Part shown: positions 37,055 through 46,516 of the stretch, in pieces
Layout: every line of letters begins with the position of its first letter
How positions within the stretch are numbered: the stretch's first letter is position 1
Source: Alphaproteobacteria bacterium
GTDB taxonomy: Bacteria > Pseudomonadota > Alphaproteobacteria > Bin95
Direction: 5' to 3'
Length of the DNA stretch: 64,000 nucleotides
Assembly: GCA_965222315.1 (NCBI GenBank)
Contig: OZ244951.1
Span: 1,644,346 to 1,708,345, forward strand
The notes under the pieces: generated by a model
What the model saw: only the letters and a program-made list of their open reading frames with translations
Told to the model about the DNA's origin: nothing
Database searches by the model: none
Translations under genes and position numbers: made by a program

Positions 37055-38390
37055 CTGTGATCGGGCCGTTTCAGTCAAGTGTTTCGTGTCTCAAGCGGGT
37101 CCATGCTTCTGTCCGTGGTCAGTGTTTCTGCCACATGATGCGAACTAAGGAGGTGGACGGCACAATCTCTACCCCGTGCTCGAGGCAACACCGGCAGATG
37201 CGTGCTCACCCAACCTTCGTCCCCGCTTGGGACTTCGTTACCGGCGCGACATTCGCAAAGCCGGCAAACCGGATTAGGCGGCAGTCTCCTTGTCGGCCGA
37301 CCATTGGAATGGCATCTGCGTTTTCCACATGCTGTGAAGGATCACCGCTAGTTTCCGCGCGACCGCCACCCGCGCCTTTTTCATCCCACTGCGTCGGGCA
37401 ACCCGCAGCCCCCAGTTCTTCAACGCCGACCATCGTACAACACGACCGAGCAACGTCGTCGTCGCCTCATAGAGGGCCGTGCGTACCGACGCATCGCCAG
37501 CCTTTGTTATATGGCCGCTCCGGTCGATCTGTCCCGACTGGTATCGGCTTGGTGTCAGACCTAGCCAGGCCCCTACATCCTTGGATCGACGGAATCTGTC
37601 GGGATCGTCGACAGCATTTCTGAATGTCAGGGCAACGATCGCCCCGACACCTGGCGCTGTCATTAGGGTTTGAACCACGGGATCGGCACGCGCCACCTCG
37701 AGCAGCCTTCGGTCCAAGTCTCTCAGCTCGCTCAGCAATACAGCACGGATCTTCAGCATTGCTTCAACGAAGATTTCCAACGTCGGGTGGCCTTCAGCCA
37801 GGTTCCGGGCACGCTCAGGCCAGTTTCGCCGGGATACGATCCCAACTTTCAGACCGAAGTTGCCCAAGTTCGCACGCATCGAGTTTTCCAACGCAGTGAC
37901 TTTATCGACCATGAATTGCCGGGCGTTTAGCAGGGCACGTGTTTCCTGTGCGCTGGCCGCCTTGACGTGTACGGCCTTGAACCAGCCCAAACGTACCAGC
38001 TGCGCGATACCTCTGGCATCGTTTCGATCCGTTTTGATCCGCATCGCCGCGAAGGCGGCGTGGACGTGCCGAGCTTCCATGACCGTGACGCGAAAGCCTT
38101 GAGCTTCAAGCCCTGCATGGAGCCATTGCGACAGCCCTCCAGTCTCAAGCCCCACATGTTCGATCTTCCGGCCCTGATGGCGAATGAAACGCCCGAGAGA
38201 TTCCGGATCGCTTGCGGCTTGCCCCTCTTTGATGATTGTCCCTGTCTCATGAATGACACAGACGCTTGAACTTTCCAGAGCGACGTCGATTCCGACAAAG
38301 AATTGCATGATGATACTCCTCGTGCTGATGGGCTTGTAAGGTTACCATTCCCGACCTCGGAGCGGCTCCAAAGCCCGATCAGCGCATCTC
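37055..38390 (-). mobile_element. IS110-family element no. 2 (IS1111-like layout), inside tnpC; boundaries +/- 3 bp
   Basis: Subterminal IRs GATCGGGC / GCCCGATC. 219-bp non-coding 3' flank and 82-bp 5' flank. Confidence 0.8.
37274..38308 (-). CDS. IS110-family transposase, intact (344 aa)
   Basis: MQFFVGIDVALESSSVCVI...KTDRNDARGIAQLVRLGWF...MTAPGVGAIVALTF...GLTPSRYQSGQID...ITKAGDASVRTALYEA. Confidence 0.85.
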   Translation of the reverse strand: MQFFVGIDVALESSSVCVIHETGTIIKEGQAASDPESLGRFIRHQGRKIEHVGLETGGLSQWLHAGLEAQGFRVTVMEARHVHAAFAAMRIKTDRNDARGIAQLVRLGWFKAVHVKAASAQETRALLNARQFMVDKVTALENSMRANLGNFGLKVGIVSRRNWPERARNLAEGHPTLEIFVEAMLKIRAVLLSELRDLDRRLLEVARADPVVQTLMTAPGVGAIVALTFRNAVDDPDRFRRSKDVGAWLGLTPSRYQSGQIDRSGHITKAGDASVRTALYEATTTLLGRVVRWSALKNWGLRVARRSGMKKARVAVARKLAVILHSMWKTQMPFQWSADKETAA

Positions 38391-39149
38391 TACAGGCAGA
38401 GCCAGATCTTCGAACGCGACGGCATCGATCTGCAGCGCTCGACCCTGACCGATTGGGTCGGCCAGGCAACACGCCTGCTGGAACCCCTGGCAGACGCCAT
38501 TGGCCATCATGTTCAAAACGGGCAGGCGCTGTTTGCCGATGATACGCCGGTGAAGATGCAGGCCGCAGGCACCGGGAAGACGGCCAAGGCGCGCTTCTGG
38601 GCCTATGCCCGCGACGAACGCCCCTGGTGCGGAGACGCCTCGCCGGCTGCCTGGTACCAATTCTCCATCGACCGCAAGGGCGCCAGGCCGGTCGGCCATC
38701 TGACCGGCTTTAGCGGCTGGATGCATGCGGATGGCTATGCCGGTTTCGGCGATCTCTACCGGTCCGGACGGGTCGAGGAAGTCGCCTGCATGGCGCACAT
38801 CCGGCGAAAATTCGTCGATGTGCACAAGGCGCAGGTCTCCGCCATCGCCAAGGAAGCCATCCGCCGGATCGCGGAGCTCTATGCTATCGAGAAGCAGGCA
38901 AGAGGCTCCTCGCCGGACGAGCGGGTCCGATTACGCCAGGCCGGAGCCCGGCCGCTGTTGGACGATCTGGAGACCTGGCTGGCGGCCCAGTTGCACCGGA
39001 TCTCCGGCAAGTCACCCCTGGCGCAGGCTATCCGCTATGCGCTCACCCGGATCAAGCGGTTGCGGCCATATCTCAACCACGGCTTCCTGGAGATCGACAA
39101 CAACGTGGCCGAGCGCAGTATTCGGGCCATCGCTCTTGGCCGAAAAAAT

Positions 39150-40629
39150 TCCTATGACCGTTGTCAACCATACGGCACACACTTCTCCCCTTGCCGAACC
39201 AAGGCGATAGCTTTTTGACGATCCTCAGGGGTCAGGGCGCCGCGCTTTTTCGACGGTCGCTCAAACTCCTATTCGGGGATTGGGTACCCCATGATGACGT
39301 TGCGTCGGAAGGCTGCCTCGATCTGGCTGCGGGCGTCGGACGCTGCCTGCCCAAATTTTTGCCCGAGGATTCCTTCTAACCCGTGCGCGACGCCCTGAGG
39401 GCTACCGATCGGTTTTTGCAAAGCCTGTTCTCAGGCGACGGCAAGAGGCACGCGGCGAGCGATATCCCAGATAAACCCGACCAGCTCACGCGCGACCGCC
39501 GTAACAGCTACATTGCTTCGCTTGCCCCGCCCAATCAGTTTTTTGTAGCGACCGTGCAAGCGCAGCTGCGCCTTCCATGCGATGTCCTTGAACTCCTGGG
39601 CCACATCCGGGCGGTTAGCCAGTTGCCACTGTCCCACTTTCGGTGTCGTCCGGTAACTCCACGCCGCTTCGAACAGCAGTGACCGCGCGGCGGTATTACC
39701 TGCTTTTGTGATGCCACGCTGGCGTACGGTACCGCCGCTTGAGTATTCGCCGGGTACCAGACCGAGCCAGGCCATCAGATGGCGGGGGCTGGAAAAGCGC
39801 GAAAAGTCGCCGATCTCCGCAACGAGGGTGGTGGCGATGATCGCCCCAACACCTTTGAGTACCTGGATAGCCCTGACGGTAGCCGCCAACGGCCAAGCCT
39901 CGGAGAGTTCGCCGATTTGCGTTTCCAGTTCTTTCTTGCGCGCTTCAGCCTGCTCAATGCGGTTCAAAAAGCTTTGGAAAGCGACTTGCTGGGCGGGATG
40001 ATCGAAGCGGCGGTCAGCAAGCCACACCCGGTGGCGGTAGCTCCAGCTTTTTCCGTCATAGCGCAGGCCGTTTTTCAGCAAGAACATCTGGACATGAGCA
40101 CGAGCGTGCCGGACATCCTTGGCGGCGAGATAGCGCGCGCGCACCAAGTCCCTCATCGCCTCGTGGATCGGGTCGGGCGTCCAGACATAGGTTAGCTCGC
40201 CAGCGCGGGCGAGCCTGGCGAGCTTCTCGGCGTCTCGGGTGTCATTCTTGATCCGGTCTGATGGAGTGCGCGGCGTGTGGCTCGGCGCGACGACGTGGCA
40301 ACTGACGCCAAGCTCGCTGAGTTGGCGGAACAGCACGTACCCGCATGGCCCAGCCTCGTAAACGAATTCTGGCTTGTGATGTCGCTTGCCGAGTTTCTTC
40401 ACAAACCGCGTGACAGCGTTCGGTGTGTTCGGGATCTCGCCGTAGCGACGAACCTCGCCTCCACGACCGGCATCGGCGATGGCTATAGTGATTGACAGCT
40501 TGTGGACGTCGAGCCCGACAAAGACATCTGGGTCTTTCATGATCCGTTCTCCTTTTCCAACTCGTCGATTGCACTGGCCAGTGCATCCCTCCGCGATTGT
40601 GCGGAAGAGTCGGGAACGGTCATCTCATC
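39150..40629 (-). mobile_element. IS110-family element no. 3 (IS1111-like layout), inside tnpC; boundaries +/- 2 bp
   Basis: Subterminal IRs ATGACCGTT / AACGGTCAT. 281-bp non-coding 3' flank and 89-bp 5' flank. Confidence 0.8.
39431..40540 (-). CDS. IS110-family transposase, intact (369 aa)
   Basis: VFVGLDVHKLSITIAIADAG...KNDTRDAEKLARLARAGEL...LKGVGAIIATTLVAEIGDFSRF...GLVPGEYSSGGT...ITKAGNTAARSLLFEAA. Confidence 0.85.
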   Translation of the reverse strand: MKDPDVFVGLDVHKLSITIAIADAGRGGEVRRYGEIPNTPNAVTRFVKKLGKRHHKPEFVYEAGPCGYVLFRQLSELGVSCHVVAPSHTPRTPSDRIKNDTRDAEKLARLARAGELTYVWTPDPIHEAMRDLVRARYLAAKDVRHARAHVQMFLLKNGLRYDGKSWSYRHRVWLADRRFDHPAQQVAFQSFLNRIEQAEARKKELETQIGELSEAWPLAATVRAIQVLKGVGAIIATTLVAEIGDFSRFSSPRHLMAWLGLVPGEYSSGGTVRQRGITKAGNTAARSLLFEAAWSYRTTPKVGQWQLANRPDVAQEFKDIAWKAQLRLHGRYKKLIGRGKRSNVAVTAVARELVGFIWDIARRVPLAVA

Positions 40630-40827
40630 TGGCTGTTCGCCGGCTCCGAGCGGGGCGGCCGATCCGCCGCCGTCGCCTATACATTGATCGAGACCGCCAA
40701 GCTGAACGGCGTCGATCCCCAGGCTTGGTTGTCAGGCGTCCTCGCGCGCATCGCCGATCACAAGATCAACAGGATCGATGAACTCCTGCCCGGCACTATC
40801 AAGCCGCCTGAACCGTCAAGAGCCTCA

Positions 40828-41758
40828 GAGCCCAACTCGAAAAGAGTTGAGCGGTTTCAGTAGGATGTGATTCCGTCTGGTTTGCAGACTGGACGGAGCC
40901 GATGATGCCTTGGACTGAAGCCGCTCGCCGTGAGTATCAGCGGGAGACGCCGCGCTATGCAAGCGATCTGACTGACCATGAGTGGGCGTTGATCGCGCCG
41001 TTCATGCCGCCGCCGCGCCCGATTGGTCGACCGCGCAAGACCGATCTGCGCGAGGTGATGAACGCGATCCTGTATATCGGCTCGACCGGCTGCCAATGGG
41101 CGATGCTGCCGAAGGACTTTCCGCCGTATTCGACCGTTCAGCGGTACTTCTACGACTGGCGGGACAGCGGGTTGCTCAAGACGATGCGCTTCACGCTGGC
41201 GATGGAGACCCGCGAACTGGAAGGCCGCGAGGCGCAGCCGACGGCGGGCGTGATCGATAGCCAGACTGTCAAAACCACGGAAAGCGGCGGCGTTAGGAGC
41301 TATGACGCAGGCAAGAAGGTCAACGGGCGCAAGCGGCATATCCTTGTTGACACCACTGGCCTGCTGTTTGGCGCGGTCGTCCATGCCGCCGGCGTGCAGG
41401 ACCGCGATGGCGCGCCGGGCGTGCTCGCCTCGATCCGCAAATCCTGCCCCTGGCTCCGCCACATCTTCGCTGATGGCGGCTATGCAGGGCCGAAGCTGCG
41501 TTGCGCCCTCGACAAGATCGGCAAGTGGACGCTCCAGATCGTCAAACGGTCCGACGCCGCCCAAGGCTTCGAGGTCATCCCGCGGCGGTGGGTCGTCGAG
41601 CGTACCTTCGCCTGGCTCGGACGATGCCGCAGGCTCGCCAAGGACTGGGAGAAATCCATCCCCTCAGCCGAAGCATGGATCGACATCGCCCATATCCGCC
41701 TAACTACCCGACGACTCGCAAGGTATTGGTATGCATGACAGAGTTTCGAGTCGGGCTC
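40828..41758 (+). mobile_element. IS5-family element (931 bp), copy 1, intact, inserted in the right end of IS66
   Basis: IRs GAGCCCAACTCGAAA... / ...TTTCGAGTCGGGCTC. 3-bp duplication TCA (40825-40827 and 41759-41761). Confidence 0.85.
40902..41738 (+). CDS. IS5-family DDE transposase (278 aa)
   Basis: DLTDHEWALIAPFMPPP...GCQWAMLPKDFPPYSTVQRYFYDWRDSG...GVIDSQTVKTTESGG...GRKRHILVDTTG...ADGGYAG...RWVVERTFAWL. Confidence 0.85.
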   Translation: MMPWTEAARREYQRETPRYASDLTDHEWALIAPFMPPPRPIGRPRKTDLREVMNAILYIGSTGCQWAMLPKDFPPYSTVQRYFYDWRDSGLLKTMRFTLAMETRELEGREAQPTAGVIDSQTVKTTESGGVRSYDAGKKVNGRKRHILVDTTGLLFGAVVHAAGVQDRDGAPGVLASIRKSCPWLRHIFADGGYAGPKLRCALDKIGKWTLQIVKRSDAAQGFEVIPRRWVVERTFAWLGRCRRLAKDWEKSIPSAEAWIDIAHIRLTTRRLARYWYA

Positions 41759-41776
41759 TCAATGCCGGACGGTTAC

Positions 41777-42096
41777 GAATATGTTCGGCCCTATGTGAAA
41801 GCAAACAAGAATGACGACCGGGATGCCGAGGCGGTCGCGGAAGCAGCTGCGCGCCCGACGATGCGGTTCGTGTCGGTCAAGAGCGAGGTGTAATCGGACA
41901 TCCAAGCATTGCGCGCGCGCTCGCGTTTGGTGGCAGAGCGCACGGCGCTGATCAACCATTTGCGTGCGCTCTTGCTTGAGCGTGGCATCATCGTGGCGCA
42001 GGGGCGACGTAAACTGGAAGCTGCGCTTGGTGTCATTGTCGATGAGGACGATCTCCGGTTGTCGCCACGCATGCGGCTTCTGGTAGAGGATCTACG
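41777..42096 (+). pseudogene. IS110-family transposase (host element), middle part, cut off by IS21
   Basis: (YV)RPYVKANKNDDRDAEAVAEAAARPTMRFVSVKSEV*SDIQALRARSRLVAERTALINHLRALLLERG...LLVEDLRVD. Contains an in-frame TAA. Confidence 0.75.
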
Positions 42097-42167
42097 TGTT
42101 GATTTTCACCGAGAACTGACCCGGTGTTTTCACCGAGAATTGACCCACCTCAGTAGCTTATCAGCGG

Positions 42168-42959
42168 TCAGGTTTTGGTCAATGTGGGCGCCTCCTTTCG
42201 CTGTTTCTTTGCAGCTTCGGAACTGGCTTTGAAGCGGTAGCTGTCGTTGCCGGTTTCGAGGATATGGCAGCGGTGGGTGAGGCGATCGAGGAGGGCGGTT
42301 GTCATCTTGGCATCCCCGAAGACCTGGGCCCATTCGGCGAAGCTTAGGTTGGTTGTGATGATGACGCTGGTGCGCTCGTAGAGCTTGCTGAGCAGGTGGA
42401 ACAGCAATGCGCCGCCGGATGCACTGAACGGCAGGTAGCCGAGCTCATCGAGGATGACCAAGTCGATCTTGGTCAGCATCTCGGCCGTCTTCCCGGCCTT
42501 TCCCATAGCTTTTTCCTGCTCGAGCGCGTTTACGAGCTCCACGGTTGAGAAGAAGCGGACCTTGCGGCGGTGATGCTCGATGGCCTGGACACCGATGGCT
42601 GTCGCGACATGGCTTTTTCCGGTCCCCGGACCGCCGATGAGCACGACGTTCTCAGCGTTTTCCATGAACTCGCCGCGATGCAGCTGGCGGACGGTGGCCT
42701 CGTTGATGTCGCTGGACGCGAAGTTGAAGCCGGCGAGATCCTTGTAGGCCGGGAAGCGCGCGGCCTTCATGTGGTACGCAATGGATCGGACTTCCCGTTC
42801 AGCCATCTCCGCCTTGAGCAGTTGAGACAGCATCGGCGTTGCGGCCTCGAAGGCAGGTGCGCCCTGTGCGACGAGATCATCCACGGCCTGGGCCATGCCA
42901 TACAACTTGAGGCTGCGCAGCATGATCACGATCGAGGCTCCTGCTGGATCATGAAGCAT
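42168..42959 (-). CDS. istB: IS21 helper ATPase IstB, intact
   Basis: [13 protein letters not shown]...[17 protein letters not shown]...[13 protein letters not shown]. Confidence 0.9.
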   Translation of the reverse strand: MLHDPAGASIVIMLRSLKLYGMAQAVDDLVAQGAPAFEAATPMLSQLLKAEMAEREVRSIAYHMKAARFPAYKDLAGFNFASSDINEATVRQLHRGEFMENAENVVLIGGPGTGKSHVATAIGVQAIEHHRRKVRFFSTVELVNALEQEKAMGKAGKTAEMLTKIDLVILDELGYLPFSASGGALLFHLLSKLYERTSVIITTNLSFAEWAQVFGDAKMTTALLDRLTHRCHILETGNDSYRFKASSEAAKKQRKEAPTLTKT

Positions 42960-43600
42960 GGCGCTTCTCCTTGGTCTGCCTCAGGCCGTCATAGCGGTCG
43001 ACATCGGCCTTCGGTACCGTCGCCAGTGCCAACGCTTCCGGCGGATCGATCTCGGGATGATCGGTCTGCTTGCGATCAACCAACCTGTGGAGCAGGTTCA
43101 GAATGTGCGTTTCGGTCGGCACGCCGGCCTCCAGGGCCAGCTCTACGGCGCACAAGACAGCGTTTTCGTCATGCTGGAGTACCAGGGACAGGATATCGAC
43201 CATCTCCCGGTCCCCACCTTCCTTGCGCAGCATATGATCCTGCAGGCGGCGGAAGGCTTCAGGCATTTCCGTGAACGGCGCGCCATTGCGCAGAGCCCCA
43301 GGTTTACGTTGGATGACTGCGAGGTAGTGCCGCCAGTCGTAGACAACCCTGCCGGGCTTATGATGCGAGCGCTCGATGATGCGCTCATGTGTGCAAACCG
43401 TCTGCCCCTCGGCCACGATGACCAACCGATCCGGGTAGACATGCAGGCTGACGGGGCGGTTCGCGAAGGTACTTCTTGATGGTGTTGCGAGACAGGCCCG
43501 TGCGCCTGGCGATCTCGCGGATAGGCATCTTGTCACGCAAGGCCCAACGTCGGATGACACTCAAAAATCCCATGTCGATCACTCCATATCTCCCCGACAA
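42949..43600 (-). pseudogene. istA: IS21 transposase IstA with internal deletion of the catalytic region
   Basis: N-terminal HTH MGFLSVIRRWALRDKMPIREIARRTGLSRNTIKKYLR joins out of frame to the C-terminal third (HVYPDRLVIVAEGQTVCTHERI...). About 200 codons are missing. Confidence 0.8.
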
Positions 43601-43686
43601 AATCCGTCAGGGGAAGGTGTTCACATGGGTCAACTCTCAGTGAAAAATCAGCACCCCACCGGGTCAGTTCTCAGTGGAAACCAACA

Positions 43687-44006
43687 CTCATTGGCCTGGC
43701 GCAGTTCCCGAACCTCGCGTTCCAATGCCTTGATCCGGTCTTGCTCTGCGCCGGTCAGGCCAGGGCGCTCACCGGCATCGCGTTCGGCCCGTTGGCACCA
43801 GACGCGAAGGCTATCCGGAGAGCAGCCAAGCTTCGGCGCAATCGCCCGATACGCCGCATTATCGCTGGCATATTCGGCGCGGAGTTCCCTGAAAAGCCGA
43901 ACGCCGCGTTCGCGAAGCTCAGCCGGGTAGGTTGGGGTGTAACGTCTCTTGCTCATAACAGGCATCCTCGGAGTAATTCACTCTCCGGGAAACCCGGGGC
44001 GGTTCA
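43687..44006 (-). mobile_element. IS3-family copy a', left end plus orfA up to RQANE, cut by IS21
   Basis: Paralog of 12851-13160. MSKRRYTPTYPAELRERGVRLFRELR...KALEREVRELRQANE, then the IS21 terminus. Confidence 0.8.
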
Positions 44007-44079
44007 TTTCAACTCATCGATCGCACTGGCCAGTGCACTCCTCCGCGATTGTGCGGAAGAGGCGGGAACGGTCACTCGC
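44007..44079. mobile_element. Remnant of the 5' non-coding end of an IS110 no. 3-type element
   Basis: TTCAACTCATCGATCGCACTGGCCAGTGCACTCCTCCGCGATTGTGCGGAAGAGGCGGGAACGGTCAC aligns with 40557-40622. Confidence 0.7.
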
Positions 44080-44104
44080 TCCATCGAATTGATGGAGCAG
44101 TCCG

Positions 44105-45222
44105 ATGGAACAGCGTGGGTTTTTTAGCCTTTCAGAGCATCTGGAAAAACTGAGTGAGCACTGCGATCCGCTGGAGTGCTCGATGCGACGGTGGACTTCG
44201 AGTATTTCCGCGGCTGGGTGGTCGAGGGCCTTGGCTATGGCGACGGGCGCAAGGGTGGGAGGCCGCCGTTCGATCCGGTGGCGATGTTTAAAGCCCTGAT
44301 CCTGCAAGCGCAGCACAATCTGTCAGACGCCAGGATGGAATTCATGATCAGGGATCGGCTCTCGTGGGTGCGGTTTCTGGGTTTCGACCTGGGCGGTCCG
44401 ACGCCGGACGAGAACACGATCCGGCTGTTTAGCAACAAACTGACCGAGACCGGCACGTTGCGGCGGGTGATGAAGGCCTTAGACTGGCAACTGCAGAAGA
44501 AGGGCTACATCCCCATCGGCGGGCAGATCGTCGATGCCAGCCTGGTACCCGCGCCCAAGCAGCGGAACACCGAGGACGAAAAGGCCCAGATCAAAGCCGG
44601 GAAGTTGGCCAAGGAAATCTGGCCGGACGCGCCGAACAAGGCGGCGCAGAAGGATACGCAAGGCCCCCTCTCGTGGTTTGCGACCAAACCACTGCCGGGC
44701 AACGGATGGACTTTGAAGATCTGCGGCAAGATCCGCTATCGCCCGGACGGCTCACCGTTGCCGCAGAGCGCCCAGCCGGTGTTCGGGTACAAATCTCACA
44801 TCGCCATTGATCGGCGCTATGGCTTCATCCGGGAATGCACTGTGACGTCTGCCGCGGAAGCGGACAGGCGCATGCTTCGGCAACTGGTGACAACGAACAA
44901 TACATCGTCTGAGGTTTGGGCCAACACGGCCTACCGCTCGAAGCAGAACGAAGAATGGCTAGTCTCGCACATGCTGACGAGCCACATCCATCGCCGGAAA
45001 CCGAACGGAAAGCCGATGTCCAAGGCGACCGCACGCGCCAATGCGAAGAAATCTTCCATCCGCGCCTGCATCAAGCATGTCTTTGCCCATCAAAAGATGC
45101 GCTTCGGCCTGTTCATCCGCACCATCGGCCTGTCGCGGGCCGAGGCCAAACTGACATTGGCCAACATCGCCTACAACTTTGACCGCCTCGTCTTCCATGA
45201 GCGCCGTGCTCTAAAGGCATGA
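44105..45222 (+). pseudogene. IS5-family transposase (second type), with N-terminal frameshift and a 39-bp hairpin insertion
   Basis: MEQRGFFSLSEHLEKLSEH..., frameshift near 44170, then LDATVDFEYFRG...PFDPVAMFKALILQAQHNLSD...QIVDASLVPAPKQRN...KDTQG[insert]RWTLK...FGYKSHIAID. Confidence 0.8.
44666..44704 (+). repeat. 39-bp hairpin mini-insertion (copy 5)
   Basis: CCCTCTCGT-GGTTTG-cgac-CAAACC-ACTGCCGGGCAACG. Removal restores KDTQGRWTLK (the D..RWT block of IS5 transposases). Confidence 0.75.
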
Positions 45223-45364
45223 GTCTGTCCAAAACCACCGAAAGTCGGGGAACCAGCCCTTTCAAACGCCCCAAATTGAGCAATCACTCCGACCATTGTA
45301 CCTCAACGGCCAATGCTACCGGCAAAGTCGTCAACAAACATGGTTAATGCGGATGTCCAGCTTG

Positions 45365-46370
45365 ATCCAATGGCTGTCCGGGAACGCATAGTCGGTCAGG
45401 GTCTCGGCCACATGGCCATCGGCGAGGTCAGTCCCATACGCTGGTGGAGGAGCAGGTCTGAGACGACACTAGCCTTTGCCAGGGCGGCTTCTCGGTTCTC
45501 CTGAGCGTGGATCGCTTTCAGCATTTGGCTGACCTCCCGCACCTTCGCCGCCGGTACATGGCTGAAGAAGTTGCGGTAGAAATGCACGATGCAACGCTGC
45601 CAGCGGGCGTCCGGCAGGTATTCCTCGACGCTCTCCACCAAGTCGCGGCAGGCGTCCGAGATCACCAGTTCGACACCCTGCAGCCCGCGGTCCACCAGAT
45701 GGCGTAGAAAGGCTGACCAGCCGGATTTATCCTCTTTGGCGCCCTCGCAGATGCCCAGGATCTCCCGGTAGCCCTCGGCATTGACACGGATGGCTACCAA
45801 GAGCGAGACATTGCGGACCTCGCCGGCTCAGGTGCGCTTCATGACGATCCCGTCTAGGAAAACATAGGGATGTTCGCCCTCGATCGGCTTGTTCCGCCAG
45901 GCCTCGATCTTGGCCTAAATCTTCTTGTTCAGGTTCGAGACCGTGCTGGGACTGACCCGTGTACCCCACAGCGCCTCGGTGATCTCCTCGACCCGCCGGA
46001 CCGAGACCCCGGCCAGATACATCTCGATCAAGGCCTCTTCGACGGAGCTTTTCCGCCGCCGGTAGCGCTCGATAATCGCGGTCTCGAAGGTCTGCCGGCG
46101 CAGCTTTGGCACCTGCAACTGCACTTTGCCGGCCTTCGTTTCCAGAGAACGCTCATAATGGCCGGCGCGCCTGTCCATGCGGCCCTCGCTCCGTTCATAC
46201 CGGCCCGCGCCGCACAACTGATCCGCCTCGGCGTCCAGCATGGCATTCAGCGCCTCTTCGACCATGCCCCGCACCATCTCACTCAGGTGATCGCGGATGC
46301 GGACTTCATCAATCTGGATAACCTGGCCCATCGGTTTCTGGTCTGTCTTGTCGTCCATTTCCGGTTCCAC
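45365..46370 (-). pseudogene. IS256-family transposase, 3'-truncated, with in-frame stops
   Basis: VIQIDEVRIRDHLSEMVRGMVEEALNAMLDAEADQLCGAGRYERS...VPKLRRQTFETAIIERYRRR...EEALIEMYLAGVSVRRVE...LVAIRVNAEGYREILG...ISDACRDLVESV. Confidence 0.8.
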
Positions 46371-46516
46371 TCAGCCAGTCTGATCGGAACTGCCGCGCTC
46401 GGCAAATGTGCGAAAGATTGTGTACGTTATCGGTTATGCTGCGGGCGGGTGATATCATTCAAGGGCATTCGATCCTCCATCTTCTCGACAAAGACGGTTG
46501 AATCACACCCCTTTGA

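Larger units (their letters stand above)
36494..40827 (+). pseudogene. tnpC: IS66 transposase TnpC, destroyed (nonsense at 36737, two IS110-family insertions, IS5 insertion at the 3' end)
   Basis: Exon-like pieces at 36494-37054, 38391-39149 and 40630-40827. They read ...KYADHLPL | YRQSQIFERDG...AIALGRKN | [10 protein letters not shown]...DELLPG. Confidence 0.85.
35608..41776 (+). mobile_element. IS66-family element carrying three nested IS
   Basis: Terminal IRs GTAACCGTCCGG (35608) and CCGGACGGTTAC (41765-41776). 8-bp flanking duplication AAATATGT / GAATATGT. tnpA-tnpB-tnpC order. Confidence 0.85.
42097..43686 (-). mobile_element. IS21-family element, deletion derivative
   Basis: Ends TGTTGATTTTCACCGAGAACTGACCC (42097) and reverse complement TGTTGGTTTCCACTGAGAACTGACCC (43686), each with an internal direct repeat of the terminal motif. 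Confidence 0.85.
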
